Source: Botryllus schlosseri (lineage: Eukaryota). Taken from it: a DNA stretch of 64,000 nucleotides. The notes beneath the pieces are model-generated. The model saw only the letters and a program-made list of their open reading frames with translations, had not been told where the DNA came from and did not search any database. The stretch spans positions 8,868,001 through 8,932,000 of the forward strand of contig CM119371.1 in the NCBI GenBank assembly GCA_051294905.1. Direction: 5' to 3'. How positions within the stretch are numbered: position 1 is the first letter of the stretch; every line of letters begins with the position of its first letter. A program made the translations under genes and the position numbers. This document shows, one piece after another, positions 13,358 to 23,900 of the stretch.

Positions 13358-16300
13358 CTATGATACCATAACGCGTCCGCCCAATAGATTATCAGTTTCT
13401 TGTTCTACGACCTCCTTCTCTTGTAACACAGGTCTGGTATGCAACTTTCGCATGCTAATTCCGTGGTGGATGTTTCTATTGACAATTTTCCGCCTTGTAC
13501 TTGATTCTAACTTATTTCTTCTGCGATAATACTTCTTGCTAATGTATATCAAGGCTGCCACGGAAAAAAATAAGATAATGACGACCATCATTAATCTTTT
13601 ACTTTGGCCTTTTATTGGCCCTTGAATATTCCGTACATGAATGCCAGTCATTATGAAAGGTACTAGTTTTACCGAGTAGTTTTCTTCCATCTTTAATAAT
13701 TCATGTAGTTTTTCTGTTAAATTGAGCCTTATCAAAGTGTCTGTGGCATTCTTCGAATCGTACCCCCATATCTCAAGCGTGGAGACAGGGGCTTTAGCAG
13801 TTATCATTTGTGAATCGTTCCCTCCAAGAGTTGGGGGTAGACTTTTAATTGTATTCGGAATGCGAAGGGCCTTAGGGGTTTGTACCATGACCTCCTCTAT
13901 ACGGGAATCATTGAACCGTGTAATTACACGTGTCGTTGAAGGGTCGTCGATATTTTCACTGGACTCATTTATGGTGGTTTTGGTTCTATTGACCAACGGA
14001 TTCGGTTCCCTCGGTTCCGTCATATGCAATTCTCCACTCCTTCCGGCTTCTGGCAATGCTCTGGACATCGATGTACTTCCAGTGCCTTGCAAACCCCGAA
14101 TCACTTTCATCATTAGTATTGTGGCAGCGATACTTGGCGGTGTAGTTCCTGTTCTTTCGGTAGTAATCTCCGTCCCAGAAGAGGTCGTGCCATTTGGTAA
14201 AATTATCTTCGTCCCAATAGCAGCCGTGGTATTCGAGTGCATAGGTTTTATAATCATAACGGTCGGGTTACTCTCCTCCGTTGTACCCAAGGTCGGCCGA
14301 GTACTTAGAATTGTGGTTTCATAATCGTGGTCCCGAGATCGTGATGGATTCCTTATTACTTCAATTCTGTCTTCCAATGTCGAATTTGAGGTGTTTCTGG
14401 AGTAATAACTCAACATGGCTTGTAGAGGTACCTTTAGCGTGGAGGATATAACTGTTTCCGTTCCACTATTTATTAGGGATTCATCGCTATGTGATAATTC
14501 AGATTGGTTCTGTAGAGGGTGGCTTCTAATTGAATCCTTAGTTGTCGTAGAATTTGGGGTGGTCATAATTGTCGTAGAATTTGGGGTGGTCAGAATTGTC
14601 GTAGCGAATTCTGCATAGCTGGACATAGGACGTGTTGTTTGTTCCACCATTACCGTTTTCTCTCCTGAAGGGGTATTCTGGATCATCCTCCTGAGTTTTA
14701 AATTAGGTCTATTTGAAATTGTACTAATGTTCGCTGCATTCCCATACAGAGCGGGTCGTGTTGTTATAACTTCGGACCTCCATACGTCGGGAACAGGGAT
14801 CATGCTCCTTGAATCACTGTATTGTATGGGTTGTGTTGTTCTCACTCTTGAGGGAATAGTAGTACTATTATTCGTTATATTCCAGGGTTCTGTTGTTACC
14901 AAGAATAAATTGTTCCTTGATGACATCGAAAACTTTCCCTCCCCGTCTTTTTTCGAAAGGGTAGCAGTAACTGTTGTATAAGGAACGCCAGTCGATTTTT
15001 CCACAGAAGTGAGTATTGTCATGTTCGTCAAACGGGTTGTATGCGATGTGTTGTTATGATCTACCGGTCCTTCAGTAGGGGGAGAGGTGGGTTTGTTAGT
15101 AAATGGGTCCGGGTTTGTAGCAGAAATGTCCCCAGGCAGGGTGGGCGTCACATTAAAAAGGCGAACAGTAGTGTTAGACATGGACAATGTCCTATCCTTT
15201 CTGGTATCCACTTCAAACACGTTGGGTTGATAATCGGTCGTTATTCTAGCCTTTTCCGGAGGTGGTGAGGTTTGGATTATTTTACCAAGTGCCTCCGTTA
15301 TAGTTGTGTTGATGACGGTCAAATGCTCGTCCGTTGATGACCACAGAGGATTCGCCCTGCTCGTTTCATTTCCCACCACCAAAATCGTACTGGCGTGATC
15401 TGAAAAATTGCTAACACCTTGTTTAGTAAGTCTTCCCCTAATTATTGTCATAAGAGGAGGAGCTTGTGTGCTTTCCGACACATTTCCCGCCGTCGAGGCT
15501 GGGACTTCTATAGTGGTCAACACGTTATTGGGAGCTGCTGTAGTCGTGTTCACCAAACGTAAGCGAGGCCTTTTTTTGTAGGCGTATGGTGTGTAAATAA
15601 GGCTTCCATTCAGAAAGTATGCCTTGTAACACACGTCCGGAGCGAATAGGTTAGTTTGTCGGGATTTTGCTTCCAATAAACTCTGGGCAGTGGCCATTTG
15701 GCTGAACGCTCTGTTCAGCCTTACAGCGTCAGATCCTGAAATACCCTTCTGCTGTCGGTTAATTTTGTTGAGAATCATATTTTTTGCCCTTCTTGGTATT
15801 ATTTCGCGGCTCATAACCATCTTTAACCGAGACCTTATAATAGCTATTGGTCTGGTTAAATTTCTGATTATGTCGACAGCTCGTTTGCGGGCTTGTAGCC
15901 AATTCTGACGAAACCACCCTTCAAGACTTTGTCCATTCGCACCTGACATCGTGAGAAGGAATGCCTGTTCTCTTTTTCTTGCTAATCCAGGAATATGCGT
16001 AAGCGTAGTTCCGACAAATTCTCCTCCGTAGGTGTTGACAAAAATGGGATGATTCAATGATGGATCATACGTCACTAGATTCCCCATAATGAGTTTGGCA
16101 GCCACCCCGCTGAAAGGATTGGTGCACTCTGTTCGGTTTGCGACACGGCCCTGACAGTTCGGATCTAAAGCAGTCATCGACGGGGAGGTTATTTTTATAG
16201 GCATACTCCCTTTCTGACGTCTCTTCGGTCCATCCCGTAATCTGTTGTTGGCATAATATCCGCCCTCCAATGAAATGTTAGCACTCGCCTTAACCCAAAA

Positions 16301-17221
16301 TATTCGATTTGACATCACCTTATCGAAAACTCCTGTGGGCCATAAGTTTTCAGACGCTGCCAGTTGTTCACCATTGTTTATGGGGTTGTCCGTGTTTTCT
16401 CTCGTAGTAAATGTGTCAATAGTAATATCTTCTTCCTGAACAATAAGTCCAAAATCTACAATACCAATCACTGGGTTTTCACCAGTAAATCGACAAGTAT
16501 AACACGTCGGAGATTCTCCTTGAGTAGTTGAGCAGGCATGGAAGTTTCGCATTGTAATGATTAGTCTAAAAGAGACTGGATTCCAATCCCTCGTGCAGTC
16601 AGCTATTACCCCGCGATAGTCTTTGAGCAAACTTATCACGAGAAATTTATAAACAGTCATGATAGGTGTGTACTTATTCCCAGGATTTCCGCGAGGGAGG
16701 GTGAATTGGTTTTCAGCCCATTGCCAAACGAAGCGTGCATCATACTGTTCCGACCGATGGAATCGAATTCGCCTCCCCAGGTAGGAATAATTCAAGGGTG
16801 GTTTTATGTAGAGAATTCTCCTAAGACACGAACAAGTCTGTTCTAACTTCAAAGGATCATCCCAGTATTGACCCTGTGATCCCCTCGGGAGAAGGTTATT
16901 CCGCATTGTTTGTCCAATAGTTTGTATCTTGCCAAACTGGGCATCATATCCGACAATTTCTCCATCAGATTTATAGCGATGTATTTGTTCGGGGTTCGTG
17001 TTAGCCAATGTTATTTCTAAATTGAATAACTCTTGAAGTAGTGCCCTCGAGCTGTTAAACAAGCTCTCGTCATAACGGGTCCATGTCGAAGTGTTCAAGC
17101 TTTCAATAGGTAATATCTTCATGTCAATAAAAGGGACTCGGCCAGTAACATGAGAACGTCCTGACCACGCGGCCGACAGTAAAAGGACCATAACAACGAT
17201 GATGTGATCCAACTTCTTCAT
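13358..17221 (-). CDS. Envelope-like type I glycoprotein 2 (1287 aa): Env1-paralogous N-terminal domain, long S/T/N-rich mucin-like stalk, TM and basic tail
   Basis: Signal peptide MKKLDHIIVVMVLLLSAAWSG; Cys and motif colinearity with the 785-aa ORF; many N-x-S/T sites; TM LMMVVIILFFSVAALIYI followed by KKYYRRR. Confidence 0.8.
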   Translation of the reverse strand: MKKLDHIIVVMVLLLSAAWSGRSHVTGRVPFIDMKILPIESLNTSTWTRYDESLFNSSRALLQELFNLEITLANTNPEQIHRYKSDGEIVGYDAQFGKIQTIGQTMRNNLLPRGSQGQYWDDPLKLEQTCSCLRRILYIKPPLNYSYLGRRIRFHRSEQYDARFVWQWAENQFTLPRGNPGNKYTPIMTVYKFLVISLLKDYRGVIADCTRDWNPVSFRLIITMRNFHACSTTQGESPTCYTCRFTGENPVIGIVDFGLIVQEEDITIDTFTTRENTDNPINNGEQLAASENLWPTGVFDKVMSNRIFWVKASANISLEGGYYANNRLRDGPKRRQKGSMPIKITSPSMTALDPNCQGRVANRTECTNPFSGVAAKLIMGNLVTYDPSLNHPIFVNTYGGEFVGTTLTHIPGLARKREQAFLLTMSGANGQSLEGWFRQNWLQARKRAVDIIRNLTRPIAIIRSRLKMVMSREIIPRRAKNMILNKINRQQKGISGSDAVRLNRAFSQMATAQSLLEAKSRQTNLFAPDVCYKAYFLNGSLIYTPYAYKKRPRLRLVNTTTAAPNNVLTTIEVPASTAGNVSESTQAPPLMTIIRGRLTKQGVSNFSDHASTILVVGNETSRANPLWSSTDEHLTVINTTITEALGKIIQTSPPPEKARITTDYQPNVFEVDTRKDRTLSMSNTTVRLFNVTPTLPGDISATNPDPFTNKPTSPPTEGPVDHNNTSHTTRLTNMTILTSVEKSTGVPYTTVTATLSKKDGEGKFSMSSRNNLFLVTTEPWNITNNSTTIPSRVRTTQPIQYSDSRSMIPVPDVWRSEVITTRPALYGNAANISTISNRPNLKLRRMIQNTPSGEKTVMVEQTTRPMSSYAEFATTILTTPNSTTIMTTPNSTTTKDSIRSHPLQNQSELSHSDESLINSGTETVISSTLKVPLQAMLSYYSRNTSNSTLEDRIEVIRNPSRSRDHDYETTILSTRPTLGTTEESNPTVMIIKPMHSNTTAAIGTKIILPNGTTSSGTEITTERTGTTPPSIAATILMMKVIRGLQGTGSTSMSRALPEAGRSGELHMTEPREPNPLVNRTKTTINESSENIDDPSTTRVITRFNDSRIEEVMVQTPKALRIPNTIKSLPPTLGGNDSQMITAKAPVSTLEIWGYDSKNATDTLIRLNLTEKLHELLKMEENYSVKLVPFIMTGIHVRNIQGPIKGQSKRLMMVVIILFFSVAALIYISKKYYRRRNKLESSTRRKIVNRNIHHGISMRKLHTRPVLQEKEVVEQETDNLLGGRVMVS

Positions 17222-17343
17222 CGTGGTTCTTGTTATAAGTTTATAAATCTTAGTCGTATTCCTATACCTAAATGCAGTTGTTTATGTCATTAGTCTGTCT
17301 TTAGTCACTACTTGTCTTTTCTTATAAAGAATCTTTGTATTAC

Positions 17344-19701
17344 CTATCGCCGAATAGTCAGGGGTGCCATATAAGCCGTATATGTCGTCAACTCATTTCG
17401 GTTATTTCGACCTTGTATCTTATCATGTGTTCTCCTTTTGTTAGGGAAGACGACCGGGTAGAGTTTAATCATACAAATAAGTATTCCGATCACAACCACT
17501 ACAATTATAATCGGTGTGAGTATTCCCGTTAGACTCCCAAATATCGCACCCAAGCCAGAACCAAATAACCCGCTCACTCCGTCAATACCCTGGGAGAGTA
17601 TTTCCCCAGCTCCTTCCGCTACGCTCCGAATAATCGTTCCTGTGCCATTAGCGACGGTCTTAACGGCATCCCCGAAGTCATCAAAGAATTCTTCCCCTAT
17701 TACGCGATTCAAGTGGATAAAACTGATATTATCATACTCCATATTTGAAGTATTTACAAACACGCCGCTGTCCACATCTTCTTGCCAGCGTTGCAATTCA
17801 ATTTCAGCTTGGTAGTCGATGCTCTGTATTTCTCTTCGCGTGTTTTGTAATTCCAACGCCTGATTTTCGGAAACATTTGCATAGTCGCCTTTCAGCTCAA
17901 TCATTTTCTCCGCAATTTCGCGTAGGCTTAAAATCCCTGACTTAATTCGTACAGCGTACGCCTTGTTTCTATCAAATATAGGTTTCGCTGTTAGATTTTG
18001 TAACTCCTGCATAACCAATTGATTAATGCTCAACTCAGCCAATGTCATTTCTTGTACGGTTTGGATCGTGGATAGATAACTATCCACTTGTGCTAATATC
18101 ATGTTTCGATTGGTCCATATCATACTGGTGATAGTTTGGAGCCTTGCCTCGGTAGCTGCTTCCCTTCGCAGATTTGTCAGGATCAACTCGTTCAATTTCT
18201 GAGCCCGGGCAACCCCTATAAGGGAAAGATCGTTTAATCCGTCAGCTACCGTCTTCAAATCATTTTCTATTTGTGTAAATCGGGCGTTCAGTTGCGCAGT
18301 TAAGTCGTCCATATTTTTGTTGATCATGTGCTGTAGATTTGAAGTTACGGCCAGAGTTAAAATTGTCGAGAATGCTAATACGAATAATGAGAAAAACATT
18401 CTTTTTCGCCTTCCCGTCCCTCCTGGAAGTGTAGAATTCCCGTCCTCTAAACCTGTTTTGTGACCTCCCAGTACCACGAGAGGTTTTCCGGGGTATCTTC
18501 TTCGATTGGCCTGGGAATCGTAGATAATGTCGTCCCAATAGGACAGTTTCATGTGCAAGTCCCCAACAGGATATTCACAGGTTGCTTTATTTTCCCGTAT
18601 TCGTCTCACACACCGCTGATCGTCCTTCAATAACGAAGGGTATTGGCGGTATATCGGTAATATTCCCGAAATCTTGATAGGCTTCCTTCCATCCATATAA
18701 TCTAAGCCGTATTTATTCGGATAAGTGGGTCGAATCCAAATTATATTTTCCGGTAAAGTTGGTTTGTCACCCAATATAGCATTTCTCCACACAGGTGCTG
18801 ACGGGTGGTAATTGTGTACTCCAGGCACATATTCCATTTCAATGTCTAGCGACGTCTTTAAATTTCTAGTTGGGTCCTCTTCCTGTATAAGAATTTTGCT
18901 AGGATGGGGTTGATAAGCCACAACCAAACCGCGAAAAGTACAGGTCGTACATCGTAATATCTGGAGTAGACGAACACAATCCACCAGATCTGTAGAACTA
19001 TCGTTGTAGATATTTCTTTGTAACATCATTGCCTCGGTCCTTACCGTATAGGTGACACAATTTATTCTAATACTAGAATATGTGGCAAACATTTTCAACG
19101 CTTTTAATTTATACTTCATAATGGCTATCTGGAATAGGCCGCGAGGATTCCAGCCTCTAATCGTTTCGTCCGTATCGTTCCACCTCCATACCAACCGGTA
19201 ATTATTTCCAGTAGGTCTCACATATACATTTTCCGATTCCAGAGCTTTCAAGTTCAGATCAGGCGTAATATATGCCTTTGTTCGTCGACACAAGCAAGTC
19301 TTTTCGAACGCATTTATATCTTCCCAATAATGCCCAGTCGGATACATGTATTCTTGAAACGTGATCTTCTCGGCCTTCACATAACCAAACGTGGATGAGA
19401 AAAACAATCCAGGGTTACTAAAGTTATAAGTTGAATTCCTTATGTCCCAGCACGACGCTAGAGAAATGTGTTCCCAAGGCGATGATTTCAATTCGGTCCA
19501 ATCTGCGGGAAATTTCTTAGGCAGCCTTCCAAACTGAGCCTGGACTATCGTTCCAGCTCTGTCGTCATAGTATGGTATTGTGCTTGCGGTGGTAGTTATA
19601 TTACTTGCAGATATTGTCGATCCCGTCGTCCTCGGCAATAGCACACTAAGTGTATGAAGCAAGCCACACAAGTAATAATTAATAGTAGAAACGCTGACCA
19701 T
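17344..19701 (-). CDS. env: Envelope fusion glycoprotein-like protein 1 (785 aa)
   Basis: Signal peptide; furin site RRKR (18400-18411) immediately followed by hydrophobic MFFSLFVLAFSTILTLAV; heptad-repeat region; Gly-rich amphipathic membrane-proximal segment; TM IIIVVVVIGILICMI; Kozak context GCACCATGG. Confidence 0.85.
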   Translation of the reverse strand: MVSVSTINYYLCGLLHTLSVLLPRTTGSTISASNITTTASTIPYYDDRAGTIVQAQFGRLPKKFPADWTELKSSPWEHISLASCWDIRNSTYNFSNPGLFFSSTFGYVKAEKITFQEYMYPTGHYWEDINAFEKTCLCRRTKAYITPDLNLKALESENVYVRPTGNNYRLVWRWNDTDETIRGWNPRGLFQIAIMKYKLKALKMFATYSSIRINCVTYTVRTEAMMLQRNIYNDSSTDLVDCVRLLQILRCTTCTFRGLVVAYQPHPSKILIQEEDPTRNLKTSLDIEMEYVPGVHNYHPSAPVWRNAILGDKPTLPENIIWIRPTYPNKYGLDYMDGRKPIKISGILPIYRQYPSLLKDDQRCVRRIRENKATCEYPVGDLHMKLSYWDDIIYDSQANRRRYPGKPLVVLGGHKTGLEDGNSTLPGGTGRRKRMFFSLFVLAFSTILTLAVTSNLQHMINKNMDDLTAQLNARFTQIENDLKTVADGLNDLSLIGVARAQKLNELILTNLRREAATEARLQTITSMIWTNRNMILAQVDSYLSTIQTVQEMTLAELSINQLVMQELQNLTAKPIFDRNKAYAVRIKSGILSLREIAEKMIELKGDYANVSENQALELQNTRREIQSIDYQAEIELQRWQEDVDSGVFVNTSNMEYDNISFIHLNRVIGEEFFDDFGDAVKTVANGTGTIIRSVAEGAGEILSQGIDGVSGLFGSGLGAIFGSLTGILTPIIIVVVVIGILICMIKLYPVVFPNKRRTHDKIQGRNNRNELTTYTAYMAPLTIRR

Positions 19702-19857
19702 GGTGCCGGCACAGGTACGTCGGGAAATTTCATTAATTATAATTTTTTCAAATAGCTGTAAAGTTATCTGTCTGTAAAAGCATAAATAGGGTTAGGCGAA
19801 TTGCGTTCTGTGTTCGAAGCCGTAATATTGTCTCAGAGAGGAGGGATAGAGTATGTT

Positions 19858-20862
19858 TTAGGCGACAGTGGTACCACATACATTGAAACGAGGGTCCTCC
19901 CTTATGGACCTTAACAATGACTCAAATATGTCGTTTCTGTCATGCTGACGTTTGTATAACCACTCATCTACGTACTCTTGTAACAAGTGTCTGGCCAGTC
20001 CACGCGAGCGCCTCATGTGGTGCTTCAGACTAGACCAAGCCGCTTCCTGATCGTTCGTATGCGTCCCATCAGGCGCTCGAAACATAGCGCTATGGTCGAC
20101 TGATCTGTGTTTATAATCTTGCCCCCACTCCTCTATGCCATTATAAGAGGGGTAACAATCCGTTAATATGGTAGATCCCCTGGCTATATTATTTACAAGT
20201 ATACGCTTCATTACCGCTGCCGTCCTGTCAGATGTTATTTCTGCAAACATTTCTCCTGTTGCTCGGTCAAGTCCACCCACAACCCAAACTGCCTTCCGGG
20301 CTGAAGGATCATTGGTCGTGTCGCGACGTCGCTTCGCCAGATGCGACTCGTCCACAACTATGATACTTTGGTAGCCGCCTAGTTTTCGTTTATGTCGTCG
20401 TAAATCCGCAGCACACACTCGTCTCAAGCATCCAGACCAAAACACAATAGATCGGAGGCTAATTTCTGATTCGTGGGAGATGTGATTTTGCGGGCTGTCG
20501 TGGGCCCAGAAATATGTCATTATAAGTAATTCAGGTAGCCCAACCTTGCTATTACTAAATATAGATCCTTTCCGAATAGAGGAGGTTGTCCTGCACTCAT
20601 TTTGTTGGCAGCGATATCTCCATCCATCATCGCTGGCTCCTGTTCGCTCTTCTACCATTGTGGATCTGCATTTTCGACAGGTCATTTGCCGAGACAGTAA
20701 TCCTTGGCTTCTCATGAACATAATGCAATCGCGGGTATTCAGTAAGACTCCAGATTGGGCCAGACGTAGTACATTATGGGGTACTTCTTGAGCGTCTGTA
20801 AGGGTAAAAATAAAATAGGTACAGATATATTCTTGGTTGGTTTGCACCTCTTGTGTATTCAT
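19858..20862 (-). CDS. IS1595/ISXO2-like (Merlin-type) DDE transposase, copy 1 (334 aa)
   Basis: N-terminal CxxC..DGWRYRC..C Zn ribbon, SIRKGSIFS, VVDESH, VWVVGGLDR, STILTDCYPSY, VDHS..F..PDGTHTNDQEAAWS, YVDEWLYK. Confidence 0.9.
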   Translation of the reverse strand: MNTQEVQTNQEYICTYFIFTLTDAQEVPHNVLRLAQSGVLLNTRDCIMFMRSQGLLSRQMTCRKCRSTMVEERTGASDDGWRYRCQQNECRTTSSIRKGSIFSNSKVGLPELLIMTYFWAHDSPQNHISHESEISLRSIVFWSGCLRRVCAADLRRHKRKLGGYQSIIVVDESHLAKRRRDTTNDPSARKAVWVVGGLDRATGEMFAEITSDRTAAVMKRILVNNIARGSTILTDCYPSYNGIEEWGQDYKHRSVDHSAMFRAPDGTHTNDQEAAWSSLKHHMRRSRGLARHLLQEYVDEWLYKRQHDRNDIFESLLRSIREDPRFNVCGTTVA

Positions 20863-20906
20863 GTCTCTTTCTTGTAACTTAAGATAACACTGTGAAATTT
20901 TACTGA

Positions 20907-23900
20907 TTATTGTTTTTTGTCCGCAAACTGTATTACTGCGGAAGGGATGGGTCCTCTACACAAAATTACATCTGGGTTGGGTGACTGCCACATAATCATA
21001 CCCAATTCCCTGATTTTGCTGGCGTCAATTTGTAAAGCCACCTTTCGTCCCCGAGATTTCCCACTTCGGGTTAGGCTAAAGTGAATGTATTTCCGGGGCA
21101 TTCTTTCAAGCTCAGTCTGCATAATCCGTTGAGCGCCATTCCGCGTAGTCATGTGGTACAGCTTGTCGTTACCAGTATATTCCTCATAAGCGGGAGGCTC
21201 ACCCACGGTATGTCCGTGTGCAGCCGCGAGCCCCTCATCTTGAAGAACAGCCCTGGAATTGTTTTGCATGATTGACCTTAGGAAGTGACTTTGGAACTCT
21301 TTCCCCAGTTTTCTCCTTAGGATTTCTTGCAGATGTCCCCAGGGATGAAATCCACCATGGCTGTGGTCACATACCTCGTGCCTACAGTGCCGCATTAAAA
21401 GTCTCTGTATGAATTCATGTCTGGCAGAGTCCAATTCGTTTGGTGCGTCCGCACTCTTCGTCGTAGGTAAAGTGGTCCATACACAAGGGTCGTCTTCCCC
21501 TGCGGCCATTTCCATCCAATAAGAACGAGAAAGCCCATCGGATGTGAATACCTGTAGCGTACTTAAATGAATCACTTTATCTATTTGGAATCCTGATAGA
21601 TGGTTGAGCCATCGCTGGATTAGTGGTTTTGGGCTCGGATTCGCAGCTTTTTCTGTCATCCTTTTCAATAGTCCGAATACCCCTGTATTGTCTGTGATAA
21701 TGGTAAATGGTATTGCGCGCAACATAGATTGCCATTTTTCCACCGAATCTTTTAGAGCTTTGAGCTCTTTTGTACACGGATCATATGCCTTTGCCGTTTG
21801 GGTAGTCCATTTTTGGCTATAAAAAGCAATCGGGTATATCTTCGTAAAGGGCGGTTTTTCTCCTTCTTCTGTCTGAAATATTACGGAACCGAATCCTACA
21901 TCAGAAGCATCGGTTTCGATATACAGCGGGAGTTCTGGGTCCAGATGATATAGTACCCTTGCGTCGTCCAGTAAGGCTTGGGCCACCTTATAATCATGCA
22001 ACAACTCATCGTTCCATAGTAAGGGCGTTACTCTTCCTTGTGTGGCCGGTACTTTCCCCGTTAACGCGTCGAACTTTGCTAGCTTCAGGCTCAATTCAGG
22101 TATGTGTTCTGAGATGTATCTCAATGCCCCGATCCAACCCCGTAGCTCATAAATGTTATGAGGTGGCGCAAGTTCTTTCAGGGCTCTAACTCGTTCGGGT
22201 TGGACCTCAATTTCTTTGCCTGTTAAGGTTGCGCCCAGCAGATTCACTCGCCGCTTGCCAATGAAACACTTATTGATGCTCACTGTCAATTTCATCTTAG
22301 CCAATTGTTCAAACACCATTCTGAGCAGCACCAGGTGATCCTCAATGGTCTTTGTGCTCAGGAAGATGTCATCAATGTAGGCCTCCATAGGCGTCACAGT
22401 GGACTCATCAGTCCTCCCACATTCTCGCATGAAGCGTTGATAATTCTCAGTGATGGGTTTAACCACACATTCCTGCATATTTGAAGTCCAAAGGGCTACT
22501 GCGGTCCGAAGACCCATTGGCATCTTTCGCCAGCGTATATGCCTGCCCTTTACGGCAATGCCTACGTATTGTTTTGATCTTTCCGTCATTTCCATGTGAA
22601 AATAGGCCTTCTTCAAATCCAATAGGGATAGTACCTCACGACCTTGAGCAAGCTGCTTCACGTCAGGTACTAATGGAGGGGGTACCTCTATGGATTTGAT
22701 GGCTGCATTAAGGGGTTGGAGATTCTGTACAACCCTCCATGCCTGTTTCCACCCGCCTTCTTGCTTCTGTCTTTCGTTCATTTTTTGAGGTACTACAAAT
22801 ATGGCCAGTTTCCATTCAGCAAATCCTTGTTCAATGACTTCGAGATCTAAAAAATTATCCACAGCCTCTTTTAAGGCTTTTGCCTGTTCTTCGCCCTTTA
22901 GATTATAAGGCCCTGACACAAAAGGTTTGGTTGAAGGGTCCTTCAATTCGATGTCACATTTGTATTTCATGGCTTGTGGGGCTTTGAGGTGTCCTCGTAG
23001 ATCTTCAAGTTCCGTAGCGTAAGGTTGATATACCTTCCTCCATTCTGCCTCAGGTACGATAGTGTTATCTGGGCTGGTAAGATCCGGTGGCTTATAGGGT
23101 GATTTCGCCAGTTCTACAGCTTGTTTACACAATCTTTCTAATTCGTCTCTAACGTCTGTCTTGGTCCCTTTACACAGTTCATACGTAGTTATCGGACCGC
23201 GAATTGGCCTGGTTGGGCCTTGACGTATTTCCGGTACCGATGGAGAGGGGGCGAGGTCTCCTTTGGTCAGTGGGGCTTCCACACTCGACTTGTTCTGCCT
23301 CTGAAATAGGCGCGTGCCCGCACCTATTTTCACGCCGACGACTCCCTTTTCCCTTGTCGCCGGGGGCCCTTTTTCTGGTAGGGTTTGCATATTTCCTCCA
23401 GACTCTTCGTCATCCACCCTGTTCTCTTTCCCAGAGGAGATGGCGACAGCTGCATTTGAAATAGTTTTCTCGGTTGGTGGCACGACGAATGCGACCATCG
23501 GGTCGTGGACAATATGTCGGCCGTTTTTATCAGGATCCTTCCATACGCCCGTGTCCTGATTATTGCTAGCGGGAATTCTTCGCTCAGCATGATTGGATTT
23601 GGGGGGGACACTACCCCCCATATTGAGATTAGCGTGACCGGACGTCCTCCCTTGTGCGCTAAATCTCTCCGAGAAAGAGGGATTGCCGAAATCCCGAATA
23701 ACGTCAGCGGGGCTTCCACACTCGACGTTGTAGAATGTCGCAGCTTCCATCGCTCCGTCACCAGAAGCAACGTTGCAAGTGCTACTTCTGTTTCCGGTTC
23801 CTTCATCGCCAATTAACGCGGCAAACGTCAATTCATTATTAACTGCAGTAGGGTCTTTAAATTCCATTTCTATAGATGGAAGTTGCTGAACTTGGTCAAT

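Noticed and set aside
21330..21400. His/Cys-rich HCRHEVCDHSH in Pol as an integrase HHCC zinc finger
   Set aside because: Spacing does not fit HHCC, no DDE core follows, and the segment fits the Tpt1 N-terminal RH motif better.
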